Of a DNA stretch of 17,737 nucleotides, positions 8,359 to 15,820 are shown piece by piece (position 1 is the first letter of the stretch; every line of letters begins with the position of its first letter). Below the pieces are notes generated by a model. That model searched no databases, was not told the DNA's origin, and was given only the letters and a program-made list of their open reading frames with translations. The position numbers and the translations under genes are program-made. Source of the stretch: a candidate division WOR-3 bacterium (GTDB lineage: Bacteria > Hydrothermota > Tepidihabitantia > Tepidihabitantales > Tepidihabitantaceae); NCBI GenBank assembly GCA_965648935.1, contig CBFGIY010000051.1:1-17737 (forward strand), read 5' to 3'.

Positions 8359-9942
8359 TTGAAGACTAGGCGAATCGCACTGGTACTTATCGTGGCCGTT
8401 GCCGCGCTGGCGGTTGGCGGTCTGTTCGGCCGGCTCTGGGCGCAGCGCACTTCATCGCTGATGCAGAACCTTCAGCTCTTCGGCCGCGTCGTCGAGCTGG
8501 TCATCACCAACTACGTTGAGCGCGTCGATAACGAGAAGCTGATTCGCTCAGCGATTCGCGGGATGCTCGAGTCACTCGATCCTCATACCGAGTTTCTTGA
8601 TGAGAGCGATTTCAAGGAATTGCGCGTGCGCACCGAGGGGCAGTTCGGCGGCATCGGCATCCACATCGGGCTGGTGGACCAGACGCTGACCGTGATCGCG
8701 CCGATCGAGGGCACGCCGGCCGAGCGCGCCGGGCTGCGCGGCGGCGACCGAATACTGGAGATCGAAGGCAAGTCGACCAAGGGATTCACGACCGAGGACG
8801 CGGTGAAGCTGCTGCGCGGCGAACCCGGCACGAAAGTCGTTGTCGGGATCGGCCGGCCCGGCGTTGAGCAGACGATGCCCTTCAGTCTGACCCGCGAGGT
8901 GATCAACATCAAGGCAGTGCCGCACGCCACGCTGCTCGGTTCTGGGGTCGGCTATGTCCGGCTGGCTGACTTCTCCCGCGCCGCGACGCGTGAACTGAAT
9001 CGGGCAATCGATTCGCTTTTCGGCGCCGGGGCGAAGAAGCTCGTTCTGGACCTGCGCTCGAACGGCGGCGGCCTGCTGGCCGAGGGGAAGGAAGTTTCCG
9101 ACCTCTTTCTGCCGCCGGGCAAGGTCATAGTCCGCACCAAGGGCAGGATCCCGGACAGCGAGCGTGAGTACGTGGCCGAGACCCAGGACGCGTTCGGCGA
9201 GTTCCCGCTGGTGGTGCTGGTTGACCGGGGCAGCGCATCGGCCGCCGAGATTGTGGCGGGCGCGCTGCAGGACTGGGAGCGCGGTCTCATCCTCGGCGAT
9301 ACGACATTCGGCAAGGGTTCGGTTCAGACCATCCACCAGCTTGGTCCGACCGAGGCGGTGAAGATCACCACGGCGTATTGGTACACGCCGAGCGGCCGCT
9401 GCATCAACCGGCCGCGCGACCGCAACGGCGAGGTGAAGTCCGACACGCTGGACGGGGCTGATGAGCCCGAGAGCTCGGTGATCCGCGAACCCGGGACAGA
9501 CAACTCCCGCGAGTACCGGACCTTGGGCAAGTTGCGCCGGCCGGTGTGCGGCGGCGGCGCGATCGTGCCCGACATCGTGATGCCTTACGAGCGCATTCAG
9601 GGGCTGGGCCTGCGCGTGAACCGTGATGCGTTCTTCGATTTCGCCGTCGACTTCACCCGCCGTAACCAGGGACTGACCATGGCTTTCCGCGCCGACGGGC
9701 CGGTGCTGGCCGAGTTCGCGACATTCCTGCGCACGCGCAAGGAGATGGAGTTCACCGATGCGGCGTTTGACTCATCGCGTCAGTTCTTTGTTGCCCAGAT
9801 AGAACGCGAGGTCGCGGGCAAGCTGTTCGGAATGCGCGGTGACTACCAGATGCGCCTGCGCCATGACCCGCAAGTCGCGCGGGCCGAGTCGCTGCTTGCG
9901 CCGGTTGCCAGCAACGAGCAGTTGCTGAAGGCGGCCAACTAG
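8359..9942 (+). CDS. ctpA: Carboxyl-terminal processing protease, S41A family (PDZ + Ser/Lys dyad)
   Basis: N-terminal membrane anchor/signal, LDPHT, FGGIGI PDZ motif, DLRSNGGG, catalytic SASAAEI and TFGKGSVQ, TTAYWYTPSGRCI. Likely start is TTG 8359 (MKTRRIALV), just after the tmk stop; 527 aa. Confidence 0.93.
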   Translation: MKTRRIALVLIVAVAALAVGGLFGRLWAQRTSSLMQNLQLFGRVVELVITNYVERVDNEKLIRSAIRGMLESLDPHTEFLDESDFKELRVRTEGQFGGIGIHIGLVDQTLTVIAPIEGTPAERAGLRGGDRILEIEGKSTKGFTTEDAVKLLRGEPGTKVVVGIGRPGVEQTMPFSLTREVINIKAVPHATLLGSGVGYVRLADFSRAATRELNRAIDSLFGAGAKKLVLDLRSNGGGLLAEGKEVSDLFLPPGKVIVRTKGRIPDSEREYVAETQDAFGEFPLVVLVDRGSASAAEIVAGALQDWERGLILGDTTFGKGSVQTIHQLGPTEAVKITTAYWYTPSGRCINRPRDRNGEVKSDTLDGADEPESSVIREPGTDNSREYRTLGKLRRPVCGGGAIVPDIVMPYERIQGLGLRVNRDAFFDFAVDFTRRNQGLTMAFRADGPVLAEFATFLRTRKEMEFTDAAFDSSRQFFVAQIEREVAGKLFGMRGDYQMRLRHDPQVARAESLLAPVASNEQLLKAAN

Positions 9943-9952
9943 CGGCGGCGGA

Positions 9953-10783
9953 TTGCCCGAACTTCCCGAAGTCGAAACGATGCGGCGGCGCCTGGCGCCG
10001 CTCCTGAGCGGGCGCACGGTGCGCGCCTGCAGCGTCGGCCGACCAGACATCATCGGGCATCCATCGCCGGCGCGGTTCCGCGTCGGGATCAGAGGCCGGC
10101 GCATCGGAGCGGTGCGCAGGCGCGGCAAGTATCTCATCATCGAACTGGATCGCGGTCTCGAACTCGTGCTGCACATGCGGCTGAGCGGGCATCTTGAACT
10201 GGTCGGACCTGGCGAGCACCCGCAGTATGAACGCCTGAGACTGGAGCTGTCGGGCGGCCGGGTGTTGTCGTTCGTCGAACCAAGGGTGCTGGGCCGGGCC
10301 TGGCTCGTGCCTGCCGGCCGCTATCCGCGATCGCTCGCCGGAATGCAGGGGATGGGCGCAGAACCGGTTGACGACGACTGGTCGGCGGACTATCTCGTCC
10401 AGCGGCTCGCGGGCCGGGGCGCAAGCGTCAAGAGCCTGATGCTCGACCAGCGCATCTGTTGTGGAGTGGGCAATATTTACTCCGACGAGGCACTCTTCCG
10501 GGCACGGGTCCGGCCGCTGCGGCGGGCCGGCAGTCTCAGACGCGTCGAAGTCGCGCGAATCGCCAGGAGCCTCCGTGAGGTTCTGACCGACGGCATCAAC
10601 TGGTGCGGGACGACGATGCTCGACGGGCGATACCGCCAGCCGGATGGTTCGGCCGGCGGATTCCAGGAGCAGCTGAAGGTCTTCGGCCGCGCCGGGCAGG
10701 CGTGCCGCGACTGCGGCACGACGATTCGCCGCGAGCGGGTCGGCAACCGCAGCACGCACTACTGCCCGGTCTGCCAGCGTTAG
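9953..10783 (+). CDS. mutM: Formamidopyrimidine-DNA glycosylase/AP lyase (Fpg)
   Basis: PELPEVE N-terminus, RRGKYL, HMRLSG, H2TH segment LDQRICCGVGNIYSDEALF, C-terminal zinc finger CRDC...CPVCQ. Confidence 0.96.
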   Translation: MPELPEVETMRRRLAPLLSGRTVRACSVGRPDIIGHPSPARFRVGIRGRRIGAVRRRGKYLIIELDRGLELVLHMRLSGHLELVGPGEHPQYERLRLELSGGRVLSFVEPRVLGRAWLVPAGRYPRSLAGMQGMGAEPVDDDWSADYLVQRLAGRGASVKSLMLDQRICCGVGNIYSDEALFRARVRPLRRAGSLRRVEVARIARSLREVLTDGINWCGTTMLDGRYRQPDGSAGGFQEQLKVFGRAGQACRDCGTTIRRERVGNRSTHYCPVCQR

Positions 10784-10785
10784 AA

Positions 10786-11718
10786 ATGGGCTCTCCGCTC
10801 GGGCTGATAGTGCACGGCGGCGCCGGCGTCATTGAGGACAAGCAAACCGCGGCGGACGGCCTGCGGGCGGCCCTGGAAGAGGGCTATCGCCTGTTGCGTG
10901 CGAGCGCGAACGCCCTGGAGACCGTGACTGCGGCGGTGGCCGTGATGGAGGACTCGGGCCTCTTCAACTGCGGCGCGGCGGCAGACCTGACCTGCGACGG
11001 CCAGATTGAGATGGACGCGGCAGTGATGACGCAGGACGGCCGGTTCGGCGGCGTCTGCTCGGTTTCCAGCGTGAGGAATCCGGTACTGCTTGCGCGGGCG
11101 GTGATGGAGCAGACCGACCATCTCCTGCTGTGCGGTGACGGCGCGGCCAGGCTGGCACGCGAGGTGGGTCTGGGCAGCCATCCGGGGCCAAGCGAGCGGG
11201 CGCGGCGCCGGCTCGAACGGGTGCTTGAACGCGGGGCCAGATACTTCCCCAGGCTCAATCGTCGGCTCGGCATCGGCGAATCAACAGAACCGGAAGTGAC
11301 GGCGGCGCTGGATGGCGGCACCGTGGGCGCCGTGGCGATCGACCGCCACGGCAACGTTGCGGCGGCGACATCAAGCGGCGGCATTGCCGGCCGAATGCCC
11401 GGCCGGGTCGGCGACGCGGCAGTAATCGGCGCGGGCACGTACGCCGCCCCGTCAGGCGCAGCTTCATTCACCGGTCACGGCGAGGAGATAATGCGGCGGC
11501 TGATGGCCCGCGACCTGGTGGAACGGATGGCGACTCTGCCCGGTTCGGTTGCGATGACCCTGCTCATAGCCGAGGCACGGCGCCGGAAGATTGCCTGCGG
11601 TGCGGTCGGGATGGACGCGCGCGGCGGATTCTGCTACGGCCACACCACGCCGGACATGGCCTGGGGCTACAAGGTGGCGGACCGGCTGTTTCTGTTCACG
11701 GAGGAGAAGAAGCGGTGA
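10786..11718 (+). CDS. iaaA: Isoaspartyl peptidase / plant-type L-asparaginase (Ntn hydrolase)
   Basis: IVHGGAG, MEDSGLFNCG, EMDAAVM, RNPVLLARAVME, nucleophile GTVGAVAID, ATSSGG, GRVGD, GAGTYA, TGHGE. Start is the ATG at 10786, 2 nt after the mutM stop; 310 aa. Confidence 0.92.
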   Translation: MGSPLGLIVHGGAGVIEDKQTAADGLRAALEEGYRLLRASANALETVTAAVAVMEDSGLFNCGAAADLTCDGQIEMDAAVMTQDGRFGGVCSVSSVRNPVLLARAVMEQTDHLLLCGDGAARLAREVGLGSHPGPSERARRRLERVLERGARYFPRLNRRLGIGESTEPEVTAALDGGTVGAVAIDRHGNVAAATSSGGIAGRMPGRVGDAAVIGAGTYAAPSGAASFTGHGEEIMRRLMARDLVERMATLPGSVAMTLLIAEARRRKIACGAVGMDARGGFCYGHTTPDMAWGYKVADRLFLFTEEKKR

Positions 11719-11755
11719 AGGCGGCGAGGGACGCGCGTCCGGGGCGTGTCCAACA

Positions 11756-14584
11756 ATGGTGTCAATGCCTCGGTTGACAGCAATCCTTCTGCTTGCCGCG
11801 CTGATTTCGGACACGGCCGCGGCCCAGTTCGGCTACTTCGGCAAGAACAAAGTCCAGACCCGCGACTACCGTTTCCAGAGCTATGAGACCGAGCACTTCC
11901 GGGTGCTTTTCTACCCTGGCGGCGAGGCGATTGCCGAATTCGCGGCAAGCTCCGCCGAGGAGTACTACCGCCAGCTTTCGCGCGACCTCGGCTTCGAACT
12001 CGAGGGCAGGACCCCGCTCCTTCTGTACCTTTCTCCCGGCCAGTTCGCCGAGACGAATGTGATTCTCGACATCATCGAGGAAGGCGTTGGCGGCTTCTCC
12101 GAGCTTCTGCGCAACCGTATCGTGGTGCCGTTCAACGGCTCGTATGACGACCTGCACCACGTCATAGGCCACGAACTCGCGCACATCTTCGAGTTTCGGA
12201 TGTTCTTCCGTTCAAGACTCGCGTCACTGCTGGGAGCTGTCGACCAGTTCAGCATACCGCTGTGGGTGCTGGAGGGTTTCGCCGAGTACGCCTCGGGCTG
12301 GGTGAACGTCGAGTCCGAGCTGTTCATGCGCGACCTGGTGCTCTCGGACCGGCTCGTGCCCTTGCAGAAGCTGCACGACGGTATGGGATATCTTGTCTAC
12401 CGCGAAGGTGAGTCTTTCTTTCGTTACGTGGAGGAGCGCTACGGCCGGGGCAAGGTGTTCGAGTTCCTCTCCACGCTCGCCAGCAGACGCAACACCGAGG
12501 CGGCATTCCAGGCCGCGTTCGGCGCGAGCGTAGAGAAAATCAGCGTCCAGTGGGAGCGTAGCCTGAAGAAGCGTTACTGGCCCCAGGCCGGCCGCACCGG
12601 TCTTCTGGATGAGCACGTCGACAAACTGACCGACCACGCACGGGACGGGTCGGTGTACAACACGGCGCCGGCGCTCTCTCCCTCCGGACTGCGCGTCGCG
12701 TTCATTTCGGACCGGGCCGAGTATGCTGACGTGTACGTGATGAGCGCGCTCGACGGGACGGGCGTTCGGCGACTGGTACGGGGAGGCCGGTCCGGCGGGT
12801 TCGAGAACATGCACCTGCTGAGGCCGGGCGTGGCCTGGTCTCCGGATGAGCGCTTCATCGCGGTCGTGGCCACGGCCTCGGGCCGCGATAACATCGTGCT
12901 CGTTGACATCGATCGCGGTCGGGTGGTCAGCAGGCTGGGGGGAACCCTTGACGGGATGCACACGCCGGCCTTCGCGCCCGGCGGCGAGTCACTCGCCTTC
13001 GTCGGCCTGAAGAACGGATTCAGCGACATCTACATCGTCCCGCGCCGCGGGGGCGAGCCGCGCCGGATAACCTACGACATGTACGACGACCGGGACCCTG
13101 TCTTCTCGCCGGGCGGCGATTCGCTCTTCTTTGTTTCCGACCGACCCGAACCGGGCGAGGCCTGGACACCGGGCGAGTACGCGGTATGGTGCCGTTCTCG
13201 TGACGGCGCGCTCGAGCGGGTCAGCCCGCGCGGCGCTCTGGCGCACGTGGCCGTTGCCGGCGACTACGCGGTCTGGACAGTGGCCGATTCCTTCTCGTAC
13301 ATCGAGGTGTACTCGCTCTCCCAGCGGCGCGTGGTCCGACGGGCGACCCTGCTGGGCAAGGCGTCGCACCCCAGCCTCTCGCGCGACGCAGCCACGCTGG
13401 CTTTCTCTCTGTTCGGCAATGTCGGATGGGACATCGCGGTTGTTCACAATCCGCTTGATGCCCTGACCCCGGTTGAACCCGACTCGTCACCGGCGGAGCG
13501 CGATGCGGCGCGCGCCTTCGCCAAGGCGGGGCTGGACTTCGGTCGGGTCAAACCGGTGCGGTTCTCGCTCGCTCTCGACTACGCGGTCGGCGCGGCCTCC
13601 TACAGCCCGGGCGCGACCGCGGGCCTCACCGGCACAATCAACCTTGCCTTCAGTGACCTGCTCGGGGACCACCGCTTCGAGGTGTACACCGACCTCTACG
13701 GCGACATCATCAATTCCAACTTCTACCTTGCCTACTGGCTGTTGCCCGGGCGGTTCGACTGGGGCGCGGCGCTTTTCCAATACCAGGAAGTGCCGTTCGT
13801 CAGTTATGACCTGTATGGGTTACGCGAGTACATCGTGCGCGTCAATCGCGGACTCACATTCACCGGCCTTTACCCGTTCGACAAGTTCACCCGGGCCGAG
13901 CTTGGCGTCACCGGCTACGTCAGCGATACGGTGTATGCCCGGCGTCAGGGCGGCGGCTACGTCTACGAACCGGGCCTGGCCTTCGTGTCGTACGCCTCGC
14001 CGGCCCTTGTGTTCGACAACACCTACTGGACATGGGACGGTCCGGCGCGAGGTACCCGGGCAAGGTTGTATTCAGACATAGCGATGTTTTCGTCGCGGCG
14101 TTTCACGACTCTCGCGCTAGACGCGCGCAACTACCAGCGCCTCGGCAAGCGCTTCGTCTTCGCGACGCGACTGGCCGGCATCACCAGTTTCGGCCGCGAC
14201 CGCGGCCTGTACTACCTGGGCGGCGAGGACGTTCGCGGATACGACTGGGCCGAGTTCTACGAGGATTACGGTTCGAGCGCGGCGCTGGCCGGGCTGGAAC
14301 TGCGCTTTCCGTTCATCGACCGGGTCAAGATTGCCTTCCCGCTGCCGTTCGAGTTCGGCGGCATCCGCGGAGTCGGTTTCGTCGACGGCGGAACGGTATT
14401 CCGTGAAGGGATGCGCCTGTGGGATCCATCGGCCGGCAAGTTCGATGACCTCAAGCTCGGGGTCGGCGCGGGTATCAGGGTTCAGATATCGTACTTCCTG
14501 CTCAAGTTTGACTGGGCGAAACCGCTGTCAACGACCGACGACCCGGGCTGGAAGTTCGTGTTCGGCATTGGCACGGATTTCTAG
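11756..14584 (+). CDS. Omp85/BamA-superfamily outer membrane protein with N-terminal gluzincin-like metallopeptidase and TolB/PD40 beta-propeller
   Basis: Signal peptide (MPRLTAILLLAALISDTAAAQ), FGKNKVQ N-terminus, HELAH (12170-12184) with downstream WVLEGFAEY, PD40-like repeats (PALSPSG, AWSPDE, PAFAPGG, PVFSPGG, PSLSRDA), Omp85 loop-6 motif LGGEDVRGY (VRGY 14231-14242), GVGAGIR, terminal FGIGTDF. Start is ATG 11756 or 11765. Confidence 0.85.
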   Translation: MVSMPRLTAILLLAALISDTAAAQFGYFGKNKVQTRDYRFQSYETEHFRVLFYPGGEAIAEFAASSAEEYYRQLSRDLGFELEGRTPLLLYLSPGQFAETNVILDIIEEGVGGFSELLRNRIVVPFNGSYDDLHHVIGHELAHIFEFRMFFRSRLASLLGAVDQFSIPLWVLEGFAEYASGWVNVESELFMRDLVLSDRLVPLQKLHDGMGYLVYREGESFFRYVEERYGRGKVFEFLSTLASRRNTEAAFQAAFGASVEKISVQWERSLKKRYWPQAGRTGLLDEHVDKLTDHARDGSVYNTAPALSPSGLRVAFISDRAEYADVYVMSALDGTGVRRLVRGGRSGGFENMHLLRPGVAWSPDERFIAVVATASGRDNIVLVDIDRGRVVSRLGGTLDGMHTPAFAPGGESLAFVGLKNGFSDIYIVPRRGGEPRRITYDMYDDRDPVFSPGGDSLFFVSDRPEPGEAWTPGEYAVWCRSRDGALERVSPRGALAHVAVAGDYAVWTVADSFSYIEVYSLSQRRVVRRATLLGKASHPSLSRDAATLAFSLFGNVGWDIAVVHNPLDALTPVEPDSSPAERDAARAFAKAGLDFGRVKPVRFSLALDYAVGAASYSPGATAGLTGTINLAFSDLLGDHRFEVYTDLYGDIINSNFYLAYWLLPGRFDWGAALFQYQEVPFVSYDLYGLREYIVRVNRGLTFTGLYPFDKFTRAELGVTGYVSDTVYARRQGGGYVYEPGLAFVSYASPALVFDNTYWTWDGPARGTRARLYSDIAMFSSRRFTTLALDARNYQRLGKRFVFATRLAGITSFGRDRGLYYLGGEDVRGYDWAEFYEDYGSSAALAGLELRFPFIDRVKIAFPLPFEFGGIRGVGFVDGGTVFREGMRLWDPSAGKFDDLKLGVGAGIRVQISYFLLKFDWAKPLSTTDDPGWKFVFGIGTDF

Positions 14585-15773
14585 CGCGGCTCTTCTCGCG
14601 CTGCTTTTTGCCAGCGCTGGTTGCGTTCACAACGTACGCCGCGGCGCGGCGATGGCGCCGGACAGTGCCTGGGCTGATTGCTGGCGCCGGCTTGAGAGCC
14701 GGCGCTCTTTTCGATTCCGGTTCGAGTACCACACTGATTCGCCGCTGGCAATGAGCGCGCGCTACGCCGGTCTCTGGGTCAGGCCGGATCGCGAATCCTG
14801 GGACGGGGAGTGGATTCGCGGCGGTCAGCGACAGCGGGTGAGCCTGAGGGCGGCAGGCGGCCGCCAGTACGAGCTGACCGGCGGCGAATGGCTCGCCGGC
14901 GGCCGCGGCATTGAAACTCGCATCATCGACCAGTTGCGCCAGGTCGTGCGCGACCCGAACCCCGAGCTCGTCGGGCAGTCGGCTGGCGCGTACCGTTTCT
15001 CGTTCGAGCCATCACTGCGCTTTCTTGACCCGCCCGGGCTCAAGAACTTCACCGGGCAGGCCGTGGTCGATTCCCGGCTGGGCGTGCCGCTCAGCGTGAG
15101 CTGCGCTGACGCGTCGGGCACAGCCGCTTGCAAGTTCGTGTTCTTTAGATTCGACCGGCCCGGCCGGGTGAGGCTGCCGTTCGTGGCGGCGGACACGGTC
15201 GAACTGCAGCCTGCACGGCCGATACCGGTGCTTCTGCGCGGTGACGTCCTCCGCACGATCCGGGACCGTCTCGAAGCGATGGGGTGGGAGAGCCGCACGG
15301 CCTGGCGCGGCCGGGTGCTCTTGGTGCAGCTTGACGAAAACCGGCCGCGTCACGTCGTCGAGCTGGTCGGCAGTCGGGGCAGAGTCGAGGTCTGGCTGTG
15401 CCGCGATGCCGCTGGCGGCGACGCATCGGCGCAGGGTGCGGCGGTGCCGGTGGGCGGCGACGCGAGCCGCAGGGTCGTGCTCGAGAGGCTGGCCGGCGCA
15501 AATCGCGGCCTGGACATCGAGTTGCGCACGCCGCTGCCGGTTGCCGCGAACCTGAGGGTCAGGCCCAGAGGCCGCGACAATCTCGAACCGGGCCGGCTCG
15601 CGGCGCTGGTCGTGGACGGGGCGGCGTTCTCTCTCGCCACCGTAGATGACGCGGGCGTCGCCGAGTTCGCCGATGTCGGCGGGTTGGAGACAGCCCGGGC
15701 GCTGGCCGCGCTGGCAAGCACACGGCCCCTGCCATCCGGGTTCGTCGCGCGGCGCTCGTCTGGCGGACGCTAG
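14568..15773 (+). CDS. Putative lipoprotein: LolA/LppX-like N-terminal domain + SecD P1-like C-terminal domain
   Basis: TTG at 14568 overlaps the Omp85 3' end by 17 nt and gives MARISSAALLALLFASAG-C (lipobox, Cys codon 14622-14624); 401 aa. The CDS fills the gap between genes on the same strand. Domain calls are by recognised patterns only. Confidence 0.65.
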   Translation: MARISSAALLALLFASAGCVHNVRRGAAMAPDSAWADCWRRLESRRSFRFRFEYHTDSPLAMSARYAGLWVRPDRESWDGEWIRGGQRQRVSLRAAGGRQYELTGGEWLAGGRGIETRIIDQLRQVVRDPNPELVGQSAGAYRFSFEPSLRFLDPPGLKNFTGQAVVDSRLGVPLSVSCADASGTAACKFVFFRFDRPGRVRLPFVAADTVELQPARPIPVLLRGDVLRTIRDRLEAMGWESRTAWRGRVLLVQLDENRPRHVVELVGSRGRVEVWLCRDAAGGDASAQGAAVPVGGDASRRVVLERLAGANRGLDIELRTPLPVAANLRVRPRGRDNLEPGRLAALVVDGAAFSLATVDDAGVAEFADVGGLETARALAALASTRPLPSGFVARRSSGGR

Positions 15774-15783
15774 CCGCGCCTGA

Positions 15784-15811
15784 TTGACACCCTGCCGCCT
15801 CACTCTAGACT
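15784..15811 (+). promoter_or_regulatory. Putative sigma70 promoter of the PorU-like gene
   Basis: TTGACA (15784-15789), 16 bp, TAGACT (15806-15811), 9 nt, TTG start at 15821. Confidence 0.6.
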
Positions 15812-15820
15812 GGTAACAGC

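Noticed and set aside
10603..10785. Upstream extensions given by the ORF track for iaaA (likewise 5801, 8317, 11591 and 14331 for other genes)
   Set aside because: They overlap the upstream genes and precede the recognisable N-termini or signal peptides; downstream starts fit better.
11719..11764. Possible internal promoter before the Omp85 gene (AACAAT at 11752-11757)
   Set aside because: Lacks the conserved first T of the -10 box and has no -35 match; too weak to call.
15810..15820. CTGGTAACAGC, resembling the dinG palindrome core
   Set aside because: Spacing differs, symmetry is poor, and the downstream gene is functionally unrelated; likely chance.
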